Made by a program: the position numbers and the translations under genes | Assembly (NCBI GenBank): GCA_963792175.1 | Contig: CAWBVG010000053.1 | Location: forward strand, 65,013 to 129,012 | Direction of reading: 5' to 3' | DNA: 64,000 nucleotides | Origin: an uncultured Acidobacteriota bacterium | GTDB taxonomy: Bacteria; Acidobacteriota; Vicinamibacteria; Vicinamibacterales; CAVVIG01 | Notes under the pieces: model-generated | The model's database searches: none | What the model was told of the DNA's origin: nothing | The model's input: the letters and a program-made list of their open reading frames with translations, nothing else | Shown here: piece by piece, positions 31,317-42,917 of the stretch | Position numbering within the stretch: position 1 is the first letter of the stretch | How the letters are laid out: every line of letters begins with the position of its first letter

Positions 31317-32185
31317 TCAGCGGACTCGCGGTTGCGGCGTGGCGTCTCCGTCGACCAGCCGAAGGGCCCAGCGAATGGCATGGAAATACATCTGCTGCAG
31401 CACCGGATTGTCCCACGCCTCCGCGTCGTGCCCGAGAATCGAGTAGAACACCCGGCCTTTTCCGTAAGTCTTCGCCCAGGCAGCGGGAAAATCGCCGTCG
31501 GTGCGATGGACCAGCGGCCCGGTCAGATCCAGCCTGGCCGGATCGAGGTGGGCGAGCACGCGAATCCGATCCCGCGAGAAATCCTTCATCTGATAGAGCT
31601 CGTCGCGAAACACGAAGGTCTTCGGCAGGTGCCGCATCGCGGGAAACTGCGGATCGTCGACCACGACCGTTCCGTCGGCGATTTCCCACGGGTGCTCGTC
31701 GAATCGGCCGCCCAGCATCTCGCCGAACTCGGGCCATGAGAAAAACGCCGTCGACGCCGAATGCGCCGCCACGAACCCCTTGCCATCGTCCTTGATGAAC
31801 GACAGCAGGTCCGCGCGCTGCTCGCGCGACAGGTCGATTTCGCGCACGCCGAAAAAGAAGATCGCGTCGAAGTAGTTCAGGTTGCGGACGTTGAACTCTT
31901 CGCCGGTGGCGATGCCGGTCCCTTTCGGAAACACGATCGGCTGCCTGGTGATCAGCTGCGAGTCGGTGCGGATGAACGTGTCGTAGTCGCCCGATTCACG
32001 GCCCAGGCGCTCGACGGTCGCCAGGGCGTGAGAGATCGAATCGTGCTGATAGCCGTTCCGGACGTCGGCCCACGCCAGCAGGTGTTTGCGCGGCCCTGCG
32101 ACTTCGCTCAGGGCAGGCGGAGCTGCGCCGGCAGCATCGCAGCGCAGGCGGCGAACGCCGCGAGGACGCCGAAGCCGAATCTCAC
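31317..32185 (-). pseudogene. ThuA-like (trehalose-utilisation A family) protein, one frameshift in the leader
   Basis: ORF 31317..31934 carries the core (GKGFVAAHSA, ILGHD). The GTG 32185 leader MRFGFGVLAAFAACAA joins through a shift near 32110. The GTG overlaps the PQQ gene stop (GTGA). Confidence 0.7.
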
Positions 32186-34014
32186 TTTTCAGCGGGGAGC
32201 GCGAACGCGAGGATTTTCGTTCCGGGCGCCGCCCCGAGGAAGCTGCCGCCGCCGGCGGCCACGACGACGTACTGGCGGCTGTCCTTGCCGAGAAAGGTCA
32301 TCGGCGTGGTATGCGCGCACGCCGGGAGCTCGGTTTCCCAGAGCTGTTTGCCGGTCCGCGACTCGAACGCCCGGAAGCGGCAGTCGATCGTCGCGCCGAT
32401 GAAGATCAGCCCGCTCGCAGTCGCGATGCTCCCGCCGATGTTCAGCGTTCCGGTCTTGTCGAAGCCCTTCGCCTTGAGCGATTCGACGAACCCGAACGGC
32501 ACTCTCCACGCCACCTCACCGCGGCTGACGTCGAGCGCGACCAGCTCGCCGAACGGCGGGGCCGAACACGGGATCTTCGTCTCCGGATTCCAGAATCGTC
32601 CGACCGCGCCGCCCCACGGGCTGCGACGCACCCACGTCGTGGGTCCGCCGCCGCGCGCCGTGCCCTGCACCATCTTGGCGACCTGCCCGAGGTTCATCAC
32701 GCTGGTGAACGCAAGGCCGAGCGTCGGATCGTAGGAGAACCCGCTCCAGTTGCCGCCGCCGAGCGTGCTGGGAAACGTCACCATCGTCCCGTCAACGCTG
32801 GGCGGCGTATACGGGCCCTTGGTGTACATCGCGTTGGTATCCCACAGCTCCTTGCAATAGGCCGCGTGGTCCGGCGTCAGGGTGTAGAAGTCCTTCGCCG
32901 GATCGAACGTGTTCCGCGCCAGGGGTGCGGGTTTGAGAGGAAACGGCTGCGTCGGCCAGCTGGCTTCGCCGGGCACGGTGCTTTGCGGCACCGGCCGTTC
33001 TTCGACACCGAAGATCGGTTCGCCCGTGACGCGATCGAGGATGAACACGAGCGCCATCTTCGTCATGACGGCGACCGCCGGAATCGTGCGGCCGTTGCGC
33101 TTCACGTCGACGAGAATCGGCGCCGCCGGCACGTCGTAGTCCCAGAGATCGTGGTGCACCACCTGCCGGTGCCATTTCAATCGGCCGGTCGCAGCGTCAA
33201 GGGCGACGACGGAATTCCCGTAGAGGTTCGCGCCCTTGCGATCGCCGCCGTAGTAGTCGGACGTCGGCGCGCCGATCGGCGCGTAAACGATGCCGCGCTC
33301 GGTGTCGATGGTGAAGAACGACCAGACGTTGGTGCCGGAGCGATTCTTCCAGCTCTCGTTCTCCCAGGTCTCGACGCCCGGCTCGCCCGGCCGCGGCACG
33401 GTGTGAAACGACCAGAGCAGCTTGCCGCTTCGTGCGTCCCAACCGCGGATGTCCCCGTACAGGCCGTAGCTCGGCGACGCTTCGCCGTTGTTCCCGCCGG
33501 TGATGACGACGTTCTTGTAGATCGACGGGGGTGACGTGAGGCTGAAGCCGCCGTCGACATCGCCGCGGATGCTGGCCTTGAGATCGACCGAGCCCTCGTC
33601 GCCGAACCCGGCGGCGGGCTTGCCGCGCTCCGCGTCCACCGCCAGCAACCGATCGCCCGCGCCACTGAACAGACGCGGCGGCGTGTCGCGATCGCCAGGC
33701 CAGTAGGCGACACCGCGGCGGCTGACGGCCGCCGGCGCCGTGTACTTCCAGATCACTTTCGCGGTTTCCGGCTCGAGCGCAAGGATGTCCTTGCCGGCCG
33801 CGACGTACATGATGCCGTTGATCACCAGCGGCGTGACCTGGATCCCGGTGGCGCCGGTGTCGAACGTCCACGCCGTCTGCAGCCGCGCGACATTCGACGG
33901 CGTGATCTGCTTCAGCGGCGAGAAGCGCTGCCCGCCGGCATCGTGATCGTGCGACGGCCAGTCGTTCACGTCGGCAGCCAGCAACGCGGGACGACGATGG
34001 CCGCGGCGACGCAT
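32182..34014 (-). CDS. Soluble PQQ-dependent (quinoprotein) dehydrogenase
   Basis: ORF 32182..34014, intact, 610 aa. WPSHDHDAGGQRFSPL, VTPLVINGIMY, VVHHDLWDYD propeller repeats. Confidence 0.8.
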   Translation of the reverse strand: MRRRGHRRPALLAADVNDWPSHDHDAGGQRFSPLKQITPSNVARLQTAWTFDTGATGIQVTPLVINGIMYVAAGKDILALEPETAKVIWKYTAPAAVSRRGVAYWPGDRDTPPRLFSGAGDRLLAVDAERGKPAAGFGDEGSVDLKASIRGDVDGGFSLTSPPSIYKNVVITGGNNGEASPSYGLYGDIRGWDARSGKLLWSFHTVPRPGEPGVETWENESWKNRSGTNVWSFFTIDTERGIVYAPIGAPTSDYYGGDRKGANLYGNSVVALDAATGRLKWHRQVVHHDLWDYDVPAAPILVDVKRNGRTIPAVAVMTKMALVFILDRVTGEPIFGVEERPVPQSTVPGEASWPTQPFPLKPAPLARNTFDPAKDFYTLTPDHAAYCKELWDTNAMYTKGPYTPPSVDGTMVTFPSTLGGGNWSGFSYDPTLGLAFTSVMNLGQVAKMVQGTARGGGPTTWVRRSPWGGAVGRFWNPETKIPCSAPPFGELVALDVSRGEVAWRVPFGFVESLKAKGFDKTGTLNIGGSIATASGLIFIGATIDCRFRAFESRTGKQLWETELPACAHTTPMTFLGKDSRQYVVVAAGGGSFLGAAPGTKILAFALPAEK

Positions 34015-34034
34015 CGCAGAGCGACAGACGCTTT

Positions 34035-34121
34035 TTCACGAAGCCACAAGGCCGCACGAAGGCCACGAAGCCTTCGTGCAAAGATTTCTTCGTGATCTTC
34101 GTGACCTCGTGCCTTCGTGAA
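34035..34121. repeat. Multi-helix hairpin: four CACGAAG-type words facing five CTTCGTG-type words
   Basis: Outer perfect 9 bp: TTCACGAAG 34035..34043 with CTTCGTGAA 34113..34121. Inner 7-bp helices: 34055..34061 with 34097..34103, and 34064..34070 with 34088..34094. Confidence 0.8.
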
Positions 34122-34138
34122 CCGTGGTTCTGACGCCG

Positions 34139-37100
34139 TCAGTAGGTGAACTTCACCGCGAACTGCATGATACGCGGATCGCCGGCGGTCAGGATCTGCC
34201 CGAAGCTCGCGCTGTTCAACGACGCGACCGGCGCGTTGAAGTTCACATGATTGATCACATTGAACACTTCCCACCGGACCTGCATCGATTGCGCGCCGCC
34301 CAACTTGAAGGTGCGGGTCAGGGCGAAGTCGTTCTGGAGGTTGTTCGGGTTGACGATGGTGAACGGCGCCAGCGGGCTGTAGGTGCCCGTCGTGGGCGAC
34401 GTGAACGCCGCGCGATTCAGAAACGCGGTCGGCCCGCCGGTGCCGTAGGGGTCGTCGAGAATCTGCACCGCCCGCTGACCGCCCAGGCCCGTCAGGGCGT
34501 TGTCGACACCCGTCGTGACGGTCGTGCGGTTCCCCGATTGCCAACGGATAATCGGCGAAAACTGCCAGTCGCCGAGGATCCGGCGAACCGCGCTATTGCC
34601 GAACTCCGGCGTCTGCGCGACCACCGAGAGGCTGACGACATGCCGGCGGTCCGACGCGCAGTACGCGTAGTCGGCGTCCGGGTTCGCCGGATCGACGATC
34701 GTCGGCCCGGTGATTTCAGTCGTCGCCGGATCGCTCATGCACTTCGAGATCGTCCATTTGGACAGCACGCTGAGATTGTTCTTCAGCCGGCGCTGGAGCG
34801 ACAGCAGCAGCGCGCCGTAGTTGGCGCGTCCGGTGTCGTCGAGTTGGCCGATCGTCCCGTAGAACTGTCCCTGTTGCGCGTTCTTCAGGATCAGGGTGCG
34901 GCGCTGATTCGTGTTCCCCGTCGTCGCGCCGGGCCCGAAGACCGCCGGGTTCAGCTCGGTCGCTCTCCAGAGATGACTGGAGTGGTTGCCCAGATAGGCG
35001 ACCGAGGCCAGCCAGTCGCCCATCTGCCGCTCCATGCTCAGGTTCCACTGCTGGAGGGACGTCGGCTCCAGATGCAGCGGGGTATTCACGTAGACGCCGA
35101 ACGCCGGAAACGGCTGCGTCGCCCATCCGGTATTCAGCCCTGGGAAGGGATTGCCGCCCGGGTACCGAGGTACGGATCGGAGAAACCGCCGGCCGGGTTC
35201 GGAAGGGTGATCTGCGCACCCCACGGCGGATTGTTCGCAAAGCGTGTGTTGAAGAACAGATGCGGCGTGTCATAGAACACGCCCCAGGAGGCGCGAACGC
35301 TCATCCGGTCGTCGCCGTTGGGCGTCCACACCACGCCGGCGCGCGGCGCGAACTGCGCGATCTTGCCGAACGACGTGGCGTCGCCCGGATACCCTGAATC
35401 GCCCGGGAACATCAGGCCCGCCGGCGCGAGCGGATAGACCGTGCTGCGGACGTTCTGATCGAACCGCGACTGATCGAAGTGGCTCACCCAGGAATACGTG
35501 TTCTCCACCGGCAGGAACGGCTCCCAGCGCAGACCCAGATTGAGCGTCAGATTCGAACGGACGCGCCAGTTGTCCTGCACGTACGCGCCCACGTAGTCGC
35601 TGTGGTCGTAGTCGTAGACCGGATTGCCCTGGAGAAAGCCGCCGCTCACGCTGCCGACCATGAAGTCGGCGAGCGAGAGACCGGTCGTCTGGCCGTTGAA
35701 CGTGAACGCGCCGTTGGTCGGCCGGTTGTTCAGCGTCTCGATGCGCGACCGAATCCAGTTGCCGCCGATCGACAACTGGTGCGTTGCCCCGGATCAGATC
35801 GACGTCGTCGGCGATCTGCCATCCCTTCGAGTTGAAGTAGCCCGGGTTGGTGGCGCCCGAGCCGACGGAGAAGCCGTTGCCGGTGACGCTGACGCCGACA
35901 TAACCCGGCACCAGGCTCGAGACGCGCGACCCGAGGTCGGTGGCGCTGAAATACGGCGGCAGCGGGCGATCGTTGAGCGTGCGGTTGTAGGTGATGTGCA
36001 GCGAGTTGAGCGTCGTGGACGAGATGACCAGGTTGTGGCCGACGACCAGCGAATGCGCCTGGTTGTTCTGGCCGGTGCGGCTGAGCGTCAGCACGTTGCT
36101 GCCGTCGTAGGTGGCCGGGTTGTCGTAGACCGCGTAGAAATAGCGCGCGAACAGCGATTGATTCGCGTTGATCGTGTAGTCGACTTTCCCCAGCGCCTGA
36201 TGCTCGGTGCTGTTGTTCGGAATCCCGTACTGCAGCCGGCCGCAGGGATCGTTCGACACCGGCACGTGCTTGAGGAAGTTCAGCGTCACCGGATTCAACC
36301 GCGACGGATCGATTCGGTTGCCGTTGCCGAAACGGGCCGGTCAGGGTGATCTGGCGGCCGGCGTTGCACGCCGGCGACGTAATGGCGGTGAAGTCGCCGT
36401 TCAGCATCGCCTGCGTCGGCACGAAGCTGATGGTCGTCGCCGGGTTGCTCTTCTCGATGCGCCCCTGGTAGCCGCCGAACACGAACAGCTTGTTCTTGAT
36501 GATCGGCGCGCCCAGCGTGCCGCCGAACTGGTTGCGATTGAGGCTGTCGCGCTCCGGCGCGAAGAAGTTCCGCGCGATGAAGTGGTAGTTGCGCAGGAAC
36601 TCGAAGGCGTCGCCGTGAATCTCGTTCGTGCCCGACTTGGTGACCAGGTTGACCGCGGAGGCCGCGTGATGGCCGTAGCGTGCCGGCAGCGCGCTGGTCT
36701 CGACCTTGAACTCCTGCAGCGCGTCGGGGAACGGCGTCGGCAGGTTCAGGTTGTTGAACGGGTCGTTGTGCGTCCCGCCGTCCATGATGTAGGTGATGCC
36801 GTTGGCCTGCCCGCCGGCGACCGAGATGGTGACCGTCGGGAAGTTCTTGTTGGTGTTGAGGTCGCCGGCGGGCGCCGCCGTGGCGAGGCCGGACAGGAAG
36901 ATCAGCTCGGTGGCCTGCCGCCCGTTGAGCGGCATTTCCATGATGCGCTGGTTGTCGATCACCTGGCCAACGCCGGTGTTGCGGGTTTCGACCATGTAGG
37001 AGTTGGCGGTGACCGTCACCTGCTCGCTGATCGCGCCGACCGCGAGCGTGACGTTGATCTCGGGGTTCGATGCCCACCTGCAGGACGATCCCGTCGCGAA

Positions 37101-37374
37101 TGTAGGTATTGAAGCCCTGCAGGACGACCTTCAGCTGATAGGGACCCACCGGAAGGTTCGGCAGCGCGTACGAGCCGTCGGCACCCGTGAACGCGGTTCG
37201 GATCGCTCCGGTATCGGTCTTCGTGGCGGTGACTTCCGCCCCGGGAATCGCGCCCCCGCTCGAGTCGCGGACGACGCCAGAGAGTTGCGAGCCGGCAATC
37301 GCCTGCGCCGACGCGGTGCCGTTGGTGAGGAGCCCGAGCACGACCATGCCGATGACCGCTCGAAACAGTTTCAC
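34139..37374 (-). pseudogene. TonB-dependent outer-membrane receptor with CarboxypepD_reg-like N-domain, four frameshifts
   Basis: GTG 37374 with GGAGG SD and a signal peptide. SGVVRDSSGGAIPGAEV. Plug region. C-terminal IMQFAVKFTY. Pieces in ORFs 36295.., 35730.., 35270.., 35134.., 34139... Shifts near 37070, 36330, 35790, 35165. Confidence 0.85.
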
Positions 37375-37448
37375 GTGAGTGCCTCCTGCAGCCGACATTT
37401 CTGTCAGGGTCGGCACGTTAGCACCCGTATTGCCACAACCCAATGGTG

Positions 37449-37468
37449 TTACGGTGTCGTTACCGTAA
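37449..37468. promoter_or_regulatory. Palindrome TTACGGT-N6-ACCGTAA in a divergent promoter region (candidate operator)
   Basis: Perfect 7-bp arms. Shares the core ACGGT-N6-ACCGT with 45604..45625. Confidence 0.3.
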
Positions 37469-37513
37469 AACTCGCCGCGCCCTTCGCGCAGGCGTAATAA
37501 TCCAGACTCTCGT

Positions 37514-38287
37514 ATGGAACCTTGGCGAACCGCCATCGTCGACGCCGGACCCACCCACATTCATGTGCGGGGACATGACGTCCTCGACCTGATGCGGCGA
37601 TCGACGTTTACCGATCTGATTTTTCTGCTGCATCACGAACGGCTGCCGTCCGACGCCGAGCGCCGCCTGATCGATGCGCTTCTGATCGGGTCGGCCGATC
37701 ACGGCGCCGGCGCGCCATCGTGCGCGGCGGCGCGGCTCGCGGCATCGGGAAATCGCCAGTCGGTGTCCGCCGCCATCGCCGCCGGCGTGCTCACCATCGG
37801 CGACGAACACGGCGGCGCCGGCGAAGCGTGCATGGACCTGATCGCCGCGGGGCTCGATCGTGCGCGGACGGGTCGCTGTCGCTCGACGAGGCGCGCGCGT
37901 CAGCTGGTTGGCGAAACGATCGGCGACAAGCGGCGGTTGCCCGGTTTCGGGCATCGCGTGCATTCGGAGATCGACCCGCGGGTCTCGGTGATTTTCGGCC
38001 TCGCCGACGATGGTGGACTGGCGGGAGACGGCATCCGGTTCGCTCGTGCACTCGAGGCGGCGCTCGCCGAACGCGTCAAACCGATCCCGCTCAACATCGA
38101 CGGCGCCATGGCGGCGGTCCTCCACGACCTCGGGCTGCCGGCCAAGGTCGGCGCGCTGCTGTTCATCGTCGCCCGGGTCGCGGGCCTGAGCGCCGAGGTG
38201 CTCGAGGAGCTGACGCGCGAGAAACCGATGCGGATCAAGATTCCGGTCACCTACGACGGCGTGCCGCCGCGCCAGAACGGATCCTGA
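37514..38287 (+). CDS. Citrate synthase-like / citryl-CoA lyase family protein
   Basis: ORF 37514..38287. LLIGSADHGAGAPS, LPGFGHRVH. About 30 nt near 37870..37900 look out of frame (possible compensating shifts). Confidence 0.6.
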   Translation: MEPWRTAIVDAGPTHIHVRGHDVLDLMRRSTFTDLIFLLHHERLPSDAERRLIDALLIGSADHGAGAPSCAAARLAASGNRQSVSAAIAAGVLTIGDEHGGAGEACMDLIAAGLDRARTGRCRSTRRARQLVGETIGDKRRLPGFGHRVHSEIDPRVSVIFGLADDGGLAGDGIRFARALEAALAERVKPIPLNIDGAMAAVLHDLGLPAKVGALLFIVARVAGLSAEVLEELTREKPMRIKIPVTYDGVPPRQNGS

Positions 38288-38289
38288 CG

Positions 38290-39711
38290 ATGGCTGTGGC
38301 GACGGCACCCGCACGAACCATCACGCCCGAGGAGCAAGCGATTGCGGACGCGCTGATCGCGCGCGCGCAAGGCCGCGATGCAGGCGGTCGACACCTACGA
38401 TCAGGCCGCAGTCGATCGGCTGTGCCGCGCCGTCGCCTGGGCAGGCGGAAACGAGGCCACCGCCACCCGGCTCGCGCGGATGAGCGTCGACGAAAGCGGG
38501 ATGGGCAGTCCGCGAACCGAAGCGGCGCGCCAAGGTGCTCGGCATCCTCCGCGACGCGCTCCGGCAGAAGAGCATCGGCATCATCGAAGAGATTCCGGAC
38601 AAGGGGATCGTGAAATACGCGAAGCCGGCCGGCGTGATCGCGTCGCTGATTCCCGTGACCAGTCCGTACGTGACGCCGATCGGCATCGCGATCTACGCGA
38701 TCAAGTGCAAGGACGCCGTGATCTTCTCACCGCATCCCGGCAGCCGCAAGACGACCAACGAAACCGTGCGCGTCATGCGCGCGGCGCTGCGCAAGGCCGG
38801 CGCGCCGGAAGATCTTCTGCAGTGCGTCGAGCGGCCGAGCATCCCGCTCGCGAACGAGCTGATGCGCCTCTGCGACCTGACGATCGCGACCGGCGGACCG
38901 GCGATGGTCAAGAGCGGCCTACAGCTCCGGCAAGCCGGCCTACGGCGTCGGCGCCGGCAATGCGACGATGGTCATCGACGACACCGCGGACATCGTCGAA
39001 GCCGCGCGCAACACGCGCATCAGCAAGACCAACGACCACGGCTCAGGGTGTTCGGCGGACGGCAACGTCCTCGTCGACGCCGCGATCTACGACGCCTTCC
39101 TGCAACAGCTGCAGGCCGAGGGCGGGTATCTGGTGAGCGGCGCGGAGAAGGCGCGCTCGAAGCCGCGTATTGGGACGCCGACGGACACCGGACTCCCGAG
39201 ACGATTGCCCGTGCGGCGTCGGTCGTGGCCGAGCGCGCCGGTTTTACGATCCCCGACGACAAGACATTCCTGATCGTCGAGGAGCAGCACATCGGCAAGG
39301 CAGCATCGCTTCTCGACGGAAAAGCTCGGCACCGTGCTCGCGGTATTCAAGTACGACGGCTTCGATCAGGCGCTCGACAAGGTGCGTCAGATCTTCGAGA
39401 CCGGCGGCAAGGGACACTCGTGCGGGATTTATTCCTACGACGACGACCACATCCATCGCCTCGCGCTGGTCGCGCCGGTGAGCCGCATGATGGTCCGTCA
39501 GGTGCAGTCGGCGTCGAATGCCGGCACGTTCACCAACGGCATGCCGATGACGTCGAGCATGGGCTGCGGCGTCTGGGGCGGGAACATCACGAACGAGAAC
39601 ATCTCGCTCAAGCACTACATGAACGTGACCTGGGTCAGCCGGCCGATTGCCGAAGACCGCCCGTCCGAGCAGGAACTGTTCGGCGAGTTCTACGGCAGCG
39701 AAACCTTCTAA
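38290..39711 (+). pseudogene. Aldehyde dehydrogenase family, CoA-acylating type (EutE/PduP/SauS-like), about five frameshifts
   Basis: ATG 38290. Pieces in ORFs 37720.., 38378.., 38535.., 38968.., 39334... Catalytic Cys context NDHGSGCSA. Shifts near 38375, 38525, 38920, 39150, 39310. Confidence 0.7.
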
Positions 39712-39730
39712 CCAGACGTGGGATGACCGT

Positions 39731-41507
39731 ATGAGCACAGTTGCGCCCCGCACCGTCGAGCGAACCGAGAAGGCGACGCGAGACCCGGATCGCCTCGTAC
39801 CTGCTGACCGAATACCTGGAGCGCCTCGGCGTCGACGTGATCTTCGGCTTGTGCGGACACACGGTCATCGCGTTTCTCGACGCGCTCGGCAAGAGCCGCA
39901 TCCGGTTCGTCTCGACGCGCCACGAACAGGTGGCCGCCCACGCCGCCGACGGCTACGCGCGCGCCTCGGGCAAGACGGGCGTGCTGCTGACGCATCTGGG
40001 TCCGGGCCTGACCAACGCGTGCACCGGCGTGGCGAACGCGGCGCTCGATTCGATTCCGATGGTCGTGATCGCCGGCGACGTGCCGTCGCATTACTTCGGC
40101 CGGCACCCGCACCAGGAGGTCAACCTCCACCAGGACGCCGACCAGTGCCAGATCTACCGGCCGTTCTGCAAACGCGTCTACCGCGTCGACCGCGTCGAGG
40201 ACTTGCCGCGCATCATCGAGCGCGCGTTCCACCTCGCGCAGGCGGGACGGCCCGGCCCGGTGCTGGTCGACGTGCCGATGGACATCTTCTCCGCCGATCT
40301 GCCGATCGACGCCTTCCAGCAGCTGCCGGCGCGCGATGTCGCGGCCGACCCTCGATGCCGCCGACCGTGGCGCGCATCGTCGACGCGCTCGCGTCGGCCG
40401 AGCGCCCGGTGCTGTACGCCGGCGGCGGCGTCCTGTCGGCGCGGGCGACCGTCGGAGCTGGCGGCGCTCGCCGAGGCGCTCGAGGTGCCGGTCGCGCACA
40501 CGCTGATGGGCAAGGGCTGCCTGCCGGAGGATCACCCGCTGCTGCTCGGCCAGACCGGATTCTGGGGCACGCCGATCTCGAACGACAAGTGCCGGACCGC
40601 CGACCTCATCGTCGCCATCGGCACGCGCCTCGCCGAAGCGAACTCGAGCTCGTGGGATCCGCGCTTCACCTTCTCGATTCCGCCGACGCGCCTGATCCAC
40701 ATCGACGCCGACGAAGCGGAGATCGGCCGCAACTATCCCGACCGAGCTCGGCGTCGTCGCCGACGCGAAGCTGGCGCTCGGGGCGCTGGCCGCCGCGGCG
40801 CGCGGCAAGCGCCATCGCGATCGCGGCCGGCTGCGCGAGGAGATCGCGCGCGGCCGGCAAGGCGTTCGCGGCGAACTGGGATCACCAGTGGAGCTCGGAT
40901 CAATACCCGATGCGGCCCGAGCGGATTCTCGCCGAGCTGCGCAAGGCCGTTCCCGAGGACGGGTTCATCGTCACCGACGTCGGCTGGAACAAGAACGGCG
41001 TCGGCCAGCAGTTTCCGATCACCGTGCCCGGCACGTTCATCACGCCCAGCGGTCTGGCGACGATGGGGTTCGGCCCGTCGGCGGTGCTCGGCGTCAAGAT
41101 GGCGCATCCCGATCGCGCGGCCGTGTCGCTGATCGGCGACGGCGGCTTCAGCACCAACCCATCGGTGATCGCGACGGCGATGGAGGCGGAGCTGCCGGTC
41201 GTCTGGCTGGTGATGGACAACGCCGGCTTCGGCACGATCGCCGGCCTCGAATCGATGCACTACGGCTCGAGCTTCGGCTGCATGTTCGAGCGCTGCGGCA
41301 AGCCGTACACGCGTCGACTACGCCGCGATGGCGCGCGCGTGCGGCGCGCGCGGCGTGATGATCGAGTCGGCCGCCGATCTCGGCCCGGCGCTGCGCGAGG
41401 CGCTCGCCTCGAACCTGCCGACGGTGATTCAGGCGCCGATGGAAAACGCGCCGACGCCGACGCCCGGCCACTGGAACATCAACGACATCTACCGCAAGGG
41501 CGAGTAG
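39731..41507 (+). pseudogene. Thiamine-diphosphate-dependent enzyme (acetolactate synthase / sulfoacetaldehyde acetyltransferase superfamily), about six frameshifts
   Basis: ATG 39731. GVDVIFGLCGHTV. ThDP motif LIGDGGFSTNPSVIATAMEAELPVVWLVMDNAGFG. Shifts near 39785, 40350, 40455, 40742, 40850, 41315. Confidence 0.8.
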
Positions 41508-41546
41508 TGGCGGAACCCGCATCACGGTTCAGGCGGCCGTCCTCCC

Positions 41547-42897
41547 GTGAGCGCGACCGCCACCGCGTCGCTGCCGCGGACGCACGTCCGCTGGGTCCCG
41601 ATCCTGGCGCTGGTCGCGTGCGGGACGATGATCAACTACCTCGATCGGACGGTCCTCGGCATCGCCGCGCCATTCCTGACGCGCGGACCTCGGGCTCAGC
41701 GCGGCGAAGATGGGGCTGGTCTTCTCGGCGTTCTCGTGGAGCTACGCGCTGCTCCAGATTCCGGGCGGCATCTTCCTCGATCGGTTCGGGACGCGCGTCA
41801 CCTATTTCATCGCCGTCGTCGCGCTGGTCGCTCTGCACCGCCTTGATGGGCGTCGGTGCGATCGCTGAACGGCCTGATCCTGACGCGGATCGGCGTCGGC
41901 ATTTTCGAGGCGCCGTGTTTTCCGGCGAACAGCCGGATCCTGGCGACGTGGTTTCCGCAGCACGAGCGGGCGCGGGCCAACTCGATCTACTCGTTCGGCC
42001 AGTACGTCGGCCTGGGATTCCTGAGCGTGCCGCTGTTCTGGATCACGCAGCGGTTCGGGTGGCGCGGATTGTTCTTCATCGTCGGCGGTCTCGGCGTCGC
42101 GTTCGGCATCGTCTGGTGGGCGCTGTTTCGCAATCCGGCCGAGAGCCGAACGGCGAACCAGGCGGAGATCGACTACATCGAGGCGGGCGGCGGCGGCGAA
42201 TACAACGGACGCGCCGGTCACCTTCAAGTGGCGCCACATCGGCCGGCTGCTGCGGTGCCGCCAGGTGGCGGGCGCGTCCCTCGGACAATTCGGCGGCAAC
42301 TCGACGCAGGTGTTCTTCGTCACCTGGTTTCCCACCTATCTGGTGACGGCGCGCGGGATGACGTTCATCCAGGCGGGCGTCATGACCGTCGCTGCCGTAC
42401 ATCGGCGCCTCGATCGGCGTGCTCGCGGGCGGCTGGCTGTCGGACGCGATTCTGAAGCGAACCGGATCGGCCAACCTCGCCCGCAAGCTGCCGATCGTCG
42501 GGCGGCATGCTGCTGGCGTCGACGATTGTCGCGGCCGCCTACGTGCCCGCCGGCAGCAACAGCCTGGTGATGCTGATCATGTCGATCGCGTTCTTCGGCC
42601 AGGGCATGACCAATCTCGGCTGGACGGTCGTCTCCGACATCGCGCCCAAGAAACTGATCGGGCTGACCAGCGGCATCTTCAATTTCAGCGCGAACCTCGC
42701 CGGCATCGTCACGCCGCTGGTGATTGGCATCGCGTTCGATCGTGTCCGGCTCGTTCGTCGGTCCGCTGGTGTACATCGGCGTGGTCGCGCTGGTCGGCGC
42801 GTTTTCCTATTCGTGATTCTCGGCGACATTCATCGCCTGCGACGTCGCTCACCGCACGAGACATGCTGCGAGCGGCCGGCCGTCCGAAGCGAAGTAA
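41547..42897 (+). pseudogene. MFS transporter, anion:cation symporter family (DgoT/GudP/TtuB-like), eight or more frameshifts, 3' end uncertain
   Basis: TM pattern recovered from many frames. NYLDRTVLGIAAP, RIGVGIFEAPCFPA, FFGQGMTNLGW, GIVTPLVIG. No unambiguous stop. Confidence 0.75.
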
Positions 42898-42917
42898 GAT
42901 ACGGCGCATGGCGTTGC

